Part shown: piece after piece, positions 32,604 to 41,484 of the stretch
Position numbering within the stretch: position 1 is the first letter of the stretch
How the letters are laid out: the number at the start of each line of letters is the position of its first letter
DNA from: Acidimicrobiaceae bacterium
Lineage (GTDB): Bacteria; Actinomycetota; Acidimicrobiia; Acidimicrobiales; RAAP-2
NCBI GenBank assembly: GCA_013044285.1
Contig: JABEUS010000110.1
Location: forward strand, 1 to 47,312
DNA length: 47,312 nt
Direction: 5' to 3'
The notes under the pieces: generated by a model
The model's database searches: none
What the model saw: only the letters and a program-made list of their open reading frames with translations
What the model was told of the DNA's origin: nothing
Translations under genes and position numbers: made by a program

Positions 32604-33971
32604 GTGTCCGGCGCCCGTATTTCCTCGATTTCGCCGACTTCGCCTCTCGTCGACCTCGATGTCCACATCGGTGACGAACTGATTGCCGTCAACGGGCGCG
32701 CTCCCACCGACATCATCGAGTACCAACAGCTGGCCGATGACGAGTCAGTGACTCTCTTGCTCCAGCGAGAGGGACGACCCCTTCGCCACAAGGTGCGCGT
32801 CGACAAGCAGGCCGGGGCACCACTCGGGCTCACCATCGATTCAGCGGTGTTCGACCGGATCCGCACGTGCGACAACCACTGCAGCTTTTGTTTCATCTAC
32901 CAACTGCCGAAGGGCCTTCGTCGCTCCCTCTACGTAAAAGACGACGACTTTCGCTTGTCGTTCCTGTACGGCAACTACACGACCCTCACTCGCTTTACCG
33001 AGTTTGATCTCGAACGGGTTCTGACCGAAAAGCTCTCGCCGCTCTACGTCTCCATTCACACCACCAACCCCGAGCTCCGGGCCTCCATGCTGCGAAATCC
33101 CCGCGGAGCGACCTCCCTTCGGTGGCTACGAGCCCTACTCGACGCCGGGGTCGCTGTCCACGGACAGGTCGTTACCTGCCCCGAGGTGAACGACGGAGCG
33201 GAGTTGGAACGGACCCTCGAAGACGCCCTCAGCCTCTACCCCGAGTTGGCCTCTCTGGCGATTGTGCCCGTCGGAGTCTCCAAATTCAACGGAGAGGACT
33301 CGATGCGCTCCTTTCGACCCGAGGAGGCCCAGCGGGCCCTCGAGACCGTCGAGCGCTACCGGGAGTACGCTCGGGCCATCCTCGGGAGACCTCTGATTGA
33401 GGCCTCCGACGAGTTCTACCTCCTCGCTGGTCGACGCCCACCGCCGGCGGAACACTTCGACTCGCTCGACCAGGCGGAGAACGGTATTGGACTCGTCGCC
33501 AGTTTTGAGAAGAGCTTTCGCGGAGAGTTGGAGATGGATCCTCTCGGGACCGGTTTCTTCCAGTCCGTCGACGGGGCCCCCGCGTGGGGTTACCGGGCGC
33601 CACGGGCGAATCTCGGGGGAGAAATGGGCGAACGGCTCCGTCTCTTGAGTGGAGAGTACGCGGCACCCCTACTTCGTCAACTACTCGACGACGCGGGATT
33701 CGATGACGTCGAAGTGGTGAGCGTGAGGAACGAGTACTTCGGCGGCAATATAAAAGTCGCCGGACTCTTGACCGGGGCCGACGTCGCCCGGGTTCTCGAG
33801 GAGGTTCCCGACGCCACCCACCTGCTGCCGGACGTGTGTTTAAACGAGGGTCGATTCGTGGACGGAATGGAACTCGCCGAATTGGGCAGTAGCGTCGTAC
33901 CGGTGAAGACCACCGGACAAGACCTCCGCCTCGCTCTCGAGCACTGGCGCGCCCGTTTGGTGAGCGCATGA
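32604..33971 (+). CDS. PDZ + DUF512 radical SAM-like Fe-S protein (TIGR03279-like), function unknown
   Basis: N-terminal PDZ-like segment (GDEL.AVNG), CDNHCSFC (CxxxCxxC), KDDD.RLSFL.GNY.TLT, SPLY.S.H.T.P..R, Q.ENG.G, N..FGG.I.VAGLL. Confidence 0.88.
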   Translation: MSGARISSISPTSPLVDLDVHIGDELIAVNGRAPTDIIEYQQLADDESVTLLLQREGRPLRHKVRVDKQAGAPLGLTIDSAVFDRIRTCDNHCSFCFIYQLPKGLRRSLYVKDDDFRLSFLYGNYTTLTRFTEFDLERVLTEKLSPLYVSIHTTNPELRASMLRNPRGATSLRWLRALLDAGVAVHGQVVTCPEVNDGAELERTLEDALSLYPELASLAIVPVGVSKFNGEDSMRSFRPEEAQRALETVERYREYARAILGRPLIEASDEFYLLAGRRPPPAEHFDSLDQAENGIGLVASFEKSFRGELEMDPLGTGFFQSVDGAPAWGYRAPRANLGGEMGERLRLLSGEYAAPLLRQLLDDAGFDDVEVVSVRNEYFGGNIKVAGLLTGADVARVLEEVPDATHLLPDVCLNEGRFVDGMELAELGSSVVPVKTTGQDLRLALEHWRARLVSA

Positions 33972-35251
33972 ATCGGGTCGTCGTCGTCGGCCGACCGAAC
34001 GTCGGCAAAAGTTCACTCGTGAATCGCTTAGCGGCGAAGCGACTCACCGTCGTCGAAGAGCACCGGGGAGTCACCCGCGACCGCAAAGTCGTGCCCGTGG
34101 AGTGGAACGGCACCCGTTTTGAGGTCGTCGACACCGGTGGTTGGCTCGAAGCGGGCGACGACTTAGAGCGCAAAGTCTCGAAGCAAGCCGACGCGGCCCT
34201 CTCCGAGGCCACCCTCGTGCTGCTGGTCGTCGACGTGGCGACGGGCGTGACCGACGAGGACCGCCAGGCCGCCCGCTGGGTTCTCAAATCTCAGCGCCCC
34301 GTGATGCTCGTCACGAACAAGGTCGACGACGCCCTCCACGAGGCGGCGGTCTGGGAGTTTCTGTCGCTCGGTTGTGGGGACCCCTACTCGGTGAGCGCAC
34401 TGCACGGGAGAGGCGCCGGTGACCTTCTCGACGCCATCGTGGACCACCTCGGCGATCCCGTGCCGGTACTCGAGGAGCCGGTCGACGACGGATTCCTCCG
34501 AGTCGCTCTCGTGGGGCGACCCAACGTTGGTAAGTCCACTCTCTTTAATCGCCTCATTGGTGAGGAGCGCTCCGTCGTGCACGACATGCCCGGCACGACG
34601 CGCGACGCGATCGACACGGTTGTCGAGACCGTGGAGGGAACCATTCGATTCATCGACACCGCCGGAATGCGCCGTCGGGCGAAAACCGAAGCGGGTCTCG
34701 AAACGTACAGCGTTTTGCGCAGTCTCGAAGCTCTCGACCGCGCCGATATCGCAATCTTGGTCATCGACGCGACCCAGGGGGCGAGCGGTCAGGATCAGCG
34801 ACTGGCCGAGCGTATCTCGGCGGCGGGCTGCCCGGCCATCGTGGTTCTGAACAAGTGGGAACTAATCGAGACCGAGGACCGTGATCGGGTTCTCGCCACG
34901 GTGGGCGACAAGTTAGCGTTTCTCGGCGACGCCCCGGTTCTCAAGACCTCCGCGATGAGTGGACGAGGAGTCCACCGCATCCTTCCGGCGCTCTCGTCGG
35001 CCCGCGACGACTACACCAAACGCGTGACGACGGGGGCGCTCAACCGCGCCATTCGTGACCTCCAGATTCACCAACCGGCACCCACCGGCAAGATTCGCTA
35101 CGCCGTCCAGGGAGCCATTGAACCGCCCACCTTCACATTGTTCGTGTCCGGTCGACTCCCGCAGACCTACTTGCGCTACGTGGAGCGTTCCCTGCGCGAA
35201 CGTTTCGACCTGGGCACGACCCCACTCAAGATTCGCGTCCGCACCGAGTAA
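33968..35251 (+). CDS. der: Ribosome biogenesis GTPase Der (EngA)
   Basis: Two G-domains (GRPNVGKS twice, DTGG/DTAG, NKVD/NKWE) plus KH-like C-terminus. Confidence 0.98.
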   Translation: MNRVVVVGRPNVGKSSLVNRLAAKRLTVVEEHRGVTRDRKVVPVEWNGTRFEVVDTGGWLEAGDDLERKVSKQADAALSEATLVLLVVDVATGVTDEDRQAARWVLKSQRPVMLVTNKVDDALHEAAVWEFLSLGCGDPYSVSALHGRGAGDLLDAIVDHLGDPVPVLEEPVDDGFLRVALVGRPNVGKSTLFNRLIGEERSVVHDMPGTTRDAIDTVVETVEGTIRFIDTAGMRRRAKTEAGLETYSVLRSLEALDRADIAILVIDATQGASGQDQRLAERISAAGCPAIVVLNKWELIETEDRDRVLATVGDKLAFLGDAPVLKTSAMSGRGVHRILPALSSARDDYTKRVTTGALNRAIRDLQIHQPAPTGKIRYAVQGAIEPPTFTLFVSGRLPQTYLRYVERSLRERFDLGTTPLKIRVRTE

Positions 35252-35433
35252 TGGCCGGGTGGTGCGAGACGTGTGACCGCCACGTAGAGGGCGAGAGCTG
35301 CGAGGTCTGCGGGCAAACCGTCAGTGAACCAGAGCGCCTTCGTCTCGATTGGAAGTGGAAGTTCTTCGGAGTCTCCACGGTGATATACCTCATATGGCGG
35401 ATTTATCAGCTCATTCATTGGTTGACGTCCTAG
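35251..35433 (+). CDS. Small hypothetical protein: CxxC..CxxC zinc ribbon + C-terminal TM helix
   Basis: WCETCD...SCEVCG followed by hydrophobic WKFFGVSTVIYLIWRIYQLIHWL; TAATG coupling to der. Confidence 0.75.
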   Translation: MAGWCETCDRHVEGESCEVCGQTVSEPERLRLDWKWKFFGVSTVIYLIWRIYQLIHWLTS

Positions 35434-35443
35434 GGGGTTTGTT

Positions 35444-35962
35444 GTGGCCGTGTACGCACTGGGTGACGTGACGCCCTCCATCGATCCGAGTGCCTTCGTC
35501 CACCCCGACGCCGTCGTCATCGGCCGAGTCAGTATCGGGCCCCAGTCCTCGGTCTGGCCCGGGGCCGTCCTGCGGGGTGACTACGGAGAAATTCGTGTCG
35601 GCGCACGCACGTCGATTCAAGACGGAGCGATTCTTCACGCCACCGCGGAACTCCCCACCGTTATCGGCGACGACTGTGTGGTGGGTCACCTCGCTCACCT
35701 CGAGGGTTGTGTCGTCGACGACGGCAGTCTGATCGGCTCGGGGTCGGTCGTCCTCCACGAGGTTCAGGTGGGTGCGGGCGCGACTATCGCCGCCGGTGCC
35801 GTCGTGCGTAACCGGACCGTCGTTCCCGCGAGGGCGCTCGCCGTCGGCGTACCGGCGGAGATTCGCCCCGATCGCAGCGATCCAGTGGAGATCGCGCGCG
35901 GGGCGGCTCTCTACGTCTCCAACACCGCTCGTTACCGTACTGAACTTCGCCGAGTCGACTGA
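35444..35962 (+). CDS. Gamma carbonic anhydrase family (hexapeptide repeat) protein
   Basis: AFVHP.A..IG.V.IG, VLRGD, IQDG..LH, VGH.A.L.GC, G.PA. Confidence 0.92.
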   Translation: MAVYALGDVTPSIDPSAFVHPDAVVIGRVSIGPQSSVWPGAVLRGDYGEIRVGARTSIQDGAILHATAELPTVIGDDCVVGHLAHLEGCVVDDGSLIGSGSVVLHEVQVGAGATIAAGAVVRNRTVVPARALAVGVPAEIRPDRSDPVEIARGAALYVSNTARYRTELRRVD

Positions 35963-36008
35963 ACCATTCTTTCCTTCCTTTAACATCGTTAGCGGAGGTT
36001 GTTTCCTA

Positions 36009-36254
36009 ATGCGCCAGAAGATTGTTGTGAGTGTTGCCGTTGTGTTCCTCGCCCTCGCCGGGCTGGGTAGCTATCTTCTGGTACTCGCCAGCCCCGCGGC
36101 TTCGTCGGGCGCAGCAGGAGTCTCGATTTCGCCCACTAACTGTCGTACCTTTCCGGGGCTACCTTCGTCAAGGGATAACGACGCGGGACACGCGCGGGCT
36201 ATCGACGCATTCCCCGACGCAGACTGCGACTGGTACCAGACTCACCCGAGTTAG
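36009..36254 (+). CDS. Small hypothetical secreted/membrane-anchored protein (81 aa)
   Basis: SD GGAGG at 35994-35998, signal-peptide-like MRQKIVVSVAVVFLALAGLG..., two Cys; fills the gap and its stop overlaps the trpD stop. Confidence 0.6.
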   Translation: MRQKIVVSVAVVFLALAGLGSYLLVLASPAASSGAAGVSISPTNCRTFPGLPSSRDNDAGHARAIDAFPDADCDWYQTHPS

Positions 36255-37276
36255 CCCCGGGCGCGGGTGATGTCAATCATTCGTTCTAGGACGCGCCGAG
36301 CGGCCCCCGAGGTCACGGACTCCCGGGCCCGTTCGAAACCCTCAGTCAGACTTGGCGATTCGCCACTGGCGACGAGCACGAGAGCGGCGTTAGCGCACAC
36401 CGCATCAAAGACTGCTCCACCTTCAGCGTCGAGGAAATGGTGAATCACTCGAACGTTCTCGCTGACGTCGCCACCGCGAAGTTCGGCGACGTCGTGTCGC
36501 ACCCCTAACTCCAGCCCCGCGTCGAGGGTCTCGTAGGTCGTTCCCTCGGGAGTCACTCGCACGAGCGTGGAGGTCGTTCCAACCGACAGTTCGTCCAGTC
36601 CGTCGTGGCCGTGAACGAGAATCATCGAGTCCACGCCGCGGCGCAAGAGTACCTCGGACATGGGACTGAGTAGATGTTCGCTCGACACCCCGATCACCCC
36701 TCGACGAACCCCGGCGGGATTGGCGAGGGGACCAAGAACGTTGAACACCGTTCGAAAACTGAGGGCCCGGCGAATGGGGGTGAGGTATCCGAGGGCGTGA
36801 TGGTACTTCGGAGCGAAGATGAAGGCCATACCGGCCTCGCGCAGACAAGCCTCAATGACGTCGGGGCCGACGTCGAGACGAACCCCTAATCCTTCGAGGA
36901 CGTCGGCCGAACCCACCGAGGACGACGCCGCCCGATTTCCGTGCTTGGCGACCGGAACTCCGCACCCGGCGACGGCGAGCGCGGCCATCGTCGAGACGTT
37001 CACGGAATGTAGTTGATCGCCCCCCGTACCGACGACGTCGACGGCGTTCGCGGGAACGCGAAGTTGAGTGGCCGCCCCCATCATCGCGTCGACGAATCCG
37101 GTCATCTCCTCGACGGTCTCACCCTTAATCGTGAGTGCCGTGAGAAAACTTGCCACGAGGGGGCCTTCGACGCGTCCGGCCAAGATCTCCGCGAGTGCCT
37201 CGGCCGCCTGCGCACGATCCATCGACTCACCGCGCACGAGAGGTTGGAGTACGTCGTGGGCGAACGATGTCATCAC
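36251..37276 (-). CDS. trpD: Anthranilate phosphoribosyltransferase
   Basis: KGET..E, DVVGTGGD, N.ST, KHGNR..SS..GSAD.LE, RTVFN.LGPL.NP, DGLDE. Confidence 0.98.
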   Translation of the reverse strand: MMTSFAHDVLQPLVRGESMDRAQAAEALAEILAGRVEGPLVASFLTALTIKGETVEEMTGFVDAMMGAATQLRVPANAVDVVGTGGDQLHSVNVSTMAALAVAGCGVPVAKHGNRAASSSVGSADVLEGLGVRLDVGPDVIEACLREAGMAFIFAPKYHHALGYLTPIRRALSFRTVFNVLGPLANPAGVRRGVIGVSSEHLLSPMSEVLLRRGVDSMILVHGHDGLDELSVGTTSTLVRVTPEGTTYETLDAGLELGVRHDVAELRGGDVSENVRVIHHFLDAEGGAVFDAVCANAALVLVASGESPSLTEGFERARESVTSGAARRVLERMIDITRARG

Positions 37277-37338
37277 CGGCGGGCCTTTCGGTTATGGGTG
37301 GCCCCAATGTAGTCAAACCCCGAAGCACTCCGGCCCGT

Positions 37339-37344
37339 TACGCT
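37339..37344 (+). promoter_or_regulatory. Putative -10 (TACGCT) of a leaderless trpC transcript
   Basis: 7 nt before GTG 37352. Confidence 0.55.
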
Positions 37345-37351
37345 CGAGGGT

Positions 37352-38131
37352 GTGTCGACGTACCTGGACTCGATTGGGGAGTATCACCGCGCCCGCGCGC
37401 GGAGTGACGCGCGCGCCTGGCGCGATCGGATGGACGGAACCTGGTGTTCCGCTCCGTCTCTCGCGCGAGCGCTGCGCACTGGACCCAACGTTGCGGTGAT
37501 CGCCGAGGTCAAGCGGCGCTCGCCCTCGAAGGGCTGGTTGAACCCCCAACTCGACTCGGCCGTTCAGGCCGCACTCTACGAGACCGCCGGGGCGGCGGCG
37601 GTCTCTGTTCTCACCGACACTCCCCATTTCGGGGGATCGCTCGAGGACCTCGAACGCGCGAGGGCCGCCGTGCAGATCCCTCTGTTGCGTAAGGACTTCA
37701 CCCTCTCCGAGAACGATGTACTCGACGCCGTCGAGTACGGAGCCTCGGCCATTTTGCTCATCGTGGCCCTGCTGAACGACGACGAACTGACCCGACTGCA
37801 CTCTCTCGCGCGCACCGTCAATCTGGAGGTCCTCGTCGAGGTGCACGACGAGAGGGAGGCCTCCAGGGCGCTCGCGGCGGGCGCCGAAATCATTGGCGTC
37901 AATCAACGGGACCTGCACACCTTCGAGGTGGACGTCGCCCGAGCCGCTCGCGTCGGCGCCGCGTTACCCGAAGGGGTGGTGAGGGTCGCCGAGAGTGGAC
38001 TCGCTCAACCCTCCGACGTGGCGAGGGCGGGATCGGCCGGCTTCCACGCCGTCTTGGTGGGGGAGAGTTTCGTGACCGACTCCCATCCCGTCGAGCGCGT
38101 ACGAACATTCTGCGACGTGGCCCGAACGTGA
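37352..38131 (+). CDS. trpC: Indole-3-glycerol phosphate synthase
   Basis: IAEVKRRSPSKG, SVLTD...F.GS, LRKDF, LVEVH, GVNQRDL, AESG. Confidence 0.98.
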   Translation: MSTYLDSIGEYHRARARSDARAWRDRMDGTWCSAPSLARALRTGPNVAVIAEVKRRSPSKGWLNPQLDSAVQAALYETAGAAAVSVLTDTPHFGGSLEDLERARAAVQIPLLRKDFTLSENDVLDAVEYGASAILLIVALLNDDELTRLHSLARTVNLEVLVEVHDEREASRALAAGAEIIGVNQRDLHTFEVDVARAARVGAALPEGVVRVAESGLAQPSDVARAGSAGFHAVLVGESFVTDSHPVERVRTFCDVART

Positions 38132-38757
38132 GCACACGACCCACTCCCCGGCTCCTCGTCAAGATTTGTGGACTCACTCGAGTTCACGACGCCGAGTGGT
38201 GCACCGAGTTGGGCGCCGACTACCTCGGCCTGAACTACTCCGACTCACCCCGAGCCGCTCCACTCGGTCTCGGACGAACCCTCGTAGAACGGGAATTCTC
38301 CGTCGTGGGAGTCTTTCGGGGACGTAGCGACGAAGAGATAGTCGACGTGGTGGATCGCGAGAGTCTCTCCGTCGTGCAACTTCACGATCCGGCGTCGCGC
38401 CGTCTTCAAGGAGCCCTGAGAACGCGAAGGGTGGAGGTGTGGCGGGCCCTGCCCGCCGACGAGTGGGCGAGCCAGGACCTGAGCGGCGCGCTGCGCCTCG
38501 TGCTCGACGGCCCGGAACCCGGGTCGGGCAAGAGGGCCAACTGGGGTGACTTCGAACCTCGTCACGTTCCGTACCCGTACCTGATCGCTGGGGGACTCAA
38601 CCCCGATAACGTCGCCGCCATGGTGAAACAACTGCGCCCCACGGGAGTGGACGTCGCCTCCGGGGTGGAGTCGGCTCCCGGAATCAAGAGCCCTGACAAA
38701 GTTCGAAACTTTATTGATAACGCCCGCCGTGCGAGCGGGTCGGAAGGATCACGATGA
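38128..38757 (+). CDS. trpF: Phosphoribosylanthranilate isomerase
   Basis: VKICGLT, VGVF, VQLH, GSG...W, AGGL.P.NV, GVDV.SGVE..PG.K. Confidence 0.95.
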   Translation: MSTRPTPRLLVKICGLTRVHDAEWCTELGADYLGLNYSDSPRAAPLGLGRTLVEREFSVVGVFRGRSDEEIVDVVDRESLSVVQLHDPASRRLQGALRTRRVEVWRALPADEWASQDLSGALRLVLDGPEPGSGKRANWGDFEPRHVPYPYLIAGGLNPDNVAAMVKQLRPTGVDVASGVESAPGIKSPDKVRNFIDNARRASGSEGSR

Positions 38758-39938
38758 CCCAGACCGTTCGAGTCATGAAGGACCCGGGTGACGACGGCCG
38801 TTTCGGAGAGTTCGGGGGCCGTTTCGTTCCCGAAGCCCTCATCCCAGCCTGCGAGGAGTTGGACGTCGCCTTTCGCGACGCCTGGGCTGATCCCATTTTT
38901 CGCGAAGAGTTTCATCACGTTCTGCGCGAGTTCGGTGGTCGACCCACCCCGGTGACCTACCTCGCCCGACTCTCCGAACAGATAGGCGTCCACGTCTACG
39001 CCAAGCGCGAAGATCTGGCCCACACGGGTAGCCACAAGATCAACAACGTCGTTGGTCAGACCTTGTTGACCCGCCGGATGGGTAAAACCCGAGTCATTGC
39101 CGAGACCGGGGCCGGACAACACGGTGTCGCCACGGCGACCGCGGCGGCTCGACTCGGTTTGGAGTGCACGGTCTACATGGGTGAACTCGACACCCAGCGG
39201 CAGTCCCTCAACGTCTTTCGCATGGAGTTGCTCGGCGCCCGTGTGGTGCCGGTCACTTCGGGAAGCCGGACCCTGAAAGACGCGGTGAACGAGGCGATGC
39301 GGGAGTGGGTGACCTGCGTGGACGACACCCACTACTGTCTCGGGTCCGTGATGGGCCCCCATCCCTTCCCGTGGATGGTCCGAGAGTTTCAGTCCATCAT
39401 CGGTCACGAGGCGGCCCAGCAGTTGCACGATCGAGGCGTGGGCACGCCCGACTTCGTCGTGGCCTGCGTCGGGGGCGGGTCGAACGCGGCAGGAATCTTC
39501 GCCGGCTTCGCCGACTCCAGTGCCCGCCTGGTGGGGGTCGAGGCGGCCGGGGGAGCGGCGATCGCCGGTGGGCAGCCCGGTGTCCTCCACGGCATGCGCT
39601 CCATGCTGCTGCAGTCCGAGTCGGGTCAGATTGAGGAGGCCGAATCCATCTCGGCGGGGCTGGACTACCCGGGGATTGGACCCGAACACGCTCACCTGGC
39701 CTCCATCGGACGCGCGACCTACGTAGGAGTTGGCGATGAGCCAGTCCTGGAAGCCCTCCAACTCCTGAGTCGTCTCGAGGGGCTTATTCCGGCGCTCGAG
39801 TCGGCTCACGCCGTCGCGTGGATCACGCGAGAGGCCGGCCGGGATATTCCACTCGGTTCGACCGTCCTACTCAATCTGTCGGGTCGTGGTGATAAGGACG
39901 TCGCTCAAGTCCGCGAGATACTGCGGGGTCGAGAGTGA
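38754..39938 (+). CDS. trpB: Tryptophan synthase beta chain
   Basis: [62 protein letters not shown]. Confidence 0.99.
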   Translation: MTQTVRVMKDPGDDGRFGEFGGRFVPEALIPACEELDVAFRDAWADPIFREEFHHVLREFGGRPTPVTYLARLSEQIGVHVYAKREDLAHTGSHKINNVVGQTLLTRRMGKTRVIAETGAGQHGVATATAAARLGLECTVYMGELDTQRQSLNVFRMELLGARVVPVTSGSRTLKDAVNEAMREWVTCVDDTHYCLGSVMGPHPFPWMVREFQSIIGHEAAQQLHDRGVGTPDFVVACVGGGSNAAGIFAGFADSSARLVGVEAAGGAAIAGGQPGVLHGMRSMLLQSESGQIEEAESISAGLDYPGIGPEHAHLASIGRATYVGVGDEPVLEALQLLSRLEGLIPALESAHAVAWITREAGRDIPLGSTVLLNLSGRGDKDVAQVREILRGRE

Positions 39939-40693
39939 ACTCCCTCGAGACGAGCCTGCGGACTCGCCGAGACCGGGGGGACAAGTCGTTCGTTCCCTAC
40001 CTCATGGCCGGGATGGTCCCGGACTGGCTCGACCACATCGACGCGCTCGTCGCCGCGGGGGCGACCGCCGTCGAGGTGGGTATTCCCTTCTCGGACCCGA
40101 TTCTCGACGGAGTCGTGATTCAGCGCGCGTCACTCGCGTCCTTGAGTGCCGGCAACACCCCCGAGGGGATATTGGCAGAACTCGGACGTCGCAGTGTCGG
40201 CGTCCCACTGGTCGTCATGACGTACTTCAACATCATCCACCACCTGGGTCTTGAGCGGAGTGCTCACCTGCTCTGCGCCGGAGGGGTCAGTGGTGTGATC
40301 TTGCCGGACCTCACTCTGGAAGAGGCCGGACCCTGGAGAAACGTCGCCCACGGTTCGGGACTCGACACGGTACTTCTCGTGGCCCCCTCCTCCCCGGAAC
40401 CGCGAATCGAGAAGATCGCCGCGCACGCCGAAGGATTCGTCTACGCCGCCTCTCGTATGGCGGTCACCGGTCGAGCGGACGACGACGGACACGCCGCGGC
40501 GGTAGTGGAACGCGTACGTCGCTACAGCGACCTACCGGTATTCGTAGGAATCGGCGTCTCGACACCACAGCAAGCGCGAGAGGCCTACGAGTTCGCCGAT
40601 GGGGCTATCGTCGGATCAGCCTTGGTGGAGCGGGTTCTCGGTGGGATGACCCCTACGCAGACCGAGCAGTTCGCCCGGGACTTTGTGCTCTAG
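39935..40693 (+). CDS. trpA: Tryptophan synthase alpha chain
   Basis: [43 protein letters not shown]. Confidence 0.97.
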   Translation: MNSLETSLRTRRDRGDKSFVPYLMAGMVPDWLDHIDALVAAGATAVEVGIPFSDPILDGVVIQRASLASLSAGNTPEGILAELGRRSVGVPLVVMTYFNIIHHLGLERSAHLLCAGGVSGVILPDLTLEEAGPWRNVAHGSGLDTVLLVAPSSPEPRIEKIAAHAEGFVYAASRMAVTGRADDDGHAAAVVERVRRYSDLPVFVGIGVSTPQQAREAYEFADGAIVGSALVERVLGGMTPTQTEQFARDFVL

Positions 40694-40772
40694 TCGAGGA
40701 CCTCTCCGCTCTCGTTACCGTGAGACATCCTCACTAAATCCGCCAACTACCCCTGAGGTTCTGGTAGATAAG

Positions 40773-40790
40773 ACGTGAGACACAACACGT
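40773..40790. promoter_or_regulatory. Palindromic ACGTG-N8-CACGT site (CRP/GlxR-like core GTG-N8-CAC) upstream of satP-acs
   Basis: ACGTGAGACACAACACGT seen directly; regulator identity is inferred. Confidence 0.45.
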
Positions 40791-40822
40791 GGGCAGACCG
40801 CGTGACAACACCCGGGGGGGTA

Positions 40823-41371
40823 ATGATGAGTGAACAGAGAGTGGCCAATCCAGGCCCGTTGGGATTGGCGGGTTTCGCCATGACCACATTTATGCTGAGT
40901 TCGGCAAACGCTCACTTGTGGGGCGGGGCGGGAGCGGGAGCGGCCCTCTCACTCGCGCTGATTTATGGAGGTCTGGCCCAGTTGCTCGCCGGAATGTGGG
41001 AGTTCGTGCGTAAGAACACGTTCGCGGCGCTGGCCTTCACCTCCTACGGTGCGTTCTGGATCGGGGTCTACCTTCTGCTCAACGTGGTGAAGAGCCCGAC
41101 CTCGCTCGCGGTCTACCTGCTGAGCTGGACGATCTTCACCTTCTACATGTGGATTGCGAGTTTTCACGCCTCGAAGATGCTGGCCATCCTCTTCACCCTG
41201 TTGCTCGTGACCTTCGTCTTCTTGACGATTGGGGCGTGGGGCGCCGGACACGTCGGAATGACCAAGACCGGCGGCTGGTTCGGCCTCGCGACCGCGGTCG
41301 TGGCCTGGTACATCTCGGCGGCCGAAGTGACCAACGAGACCGCTGGGCGCAAGGTTCTGCCCACTCTCTAG
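40823..41371 (+). CDS. satP: Acetate uptake transporter, GPR1/FUN34/YaaH (SatP) family
   Basis: Signature ANPGPLGLAGF, YGG..Q..AG.WE, NTF...AF.SYG.FW; about 6 TM; adjacent to acs. Confidence 0.92.
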   Translation: MMSEQRVANPGPLGLAGFAMTTFMLSSANAHLWGGAGAGAALSLALIYGGLAQLLAGMWEFVRKNTFAALAFTSYGAFWIGVYLLLNVVKSPTSLAVYLLSWTIFTFYMWIASFHASKMLAILFTLLLVTFVFLTIGAWGAGHVGMTKTGGWFGLATAVVAWYISAAEVTNETAGRKVLPTL

Positions 41372-41380
41372 CCAGTTCTT

Positions 41381-41425
41381 CGAACCCCCCGTTCGGCGAC
41401 TCGCTTCGTCCGGGCGGGGGGTTCG
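41381..41425 (+). terminator. Strong GC-rich hairpin between satP and acs (terminator or mRNA stabiliser)
   Basis: CGAACCCCCCGTTCGG...CCGGGCGGGGGGTTCG: 16-bp stem with 2 G-U pairs plus 3 more bp; no U-tract. Confidence 0.6.
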
Positions 41426-41484
41426 CTCTCAGTAGTAACCAGCGTTTAGATTGACAAATGTAGTAACAACCGTGGGGGGAAACC

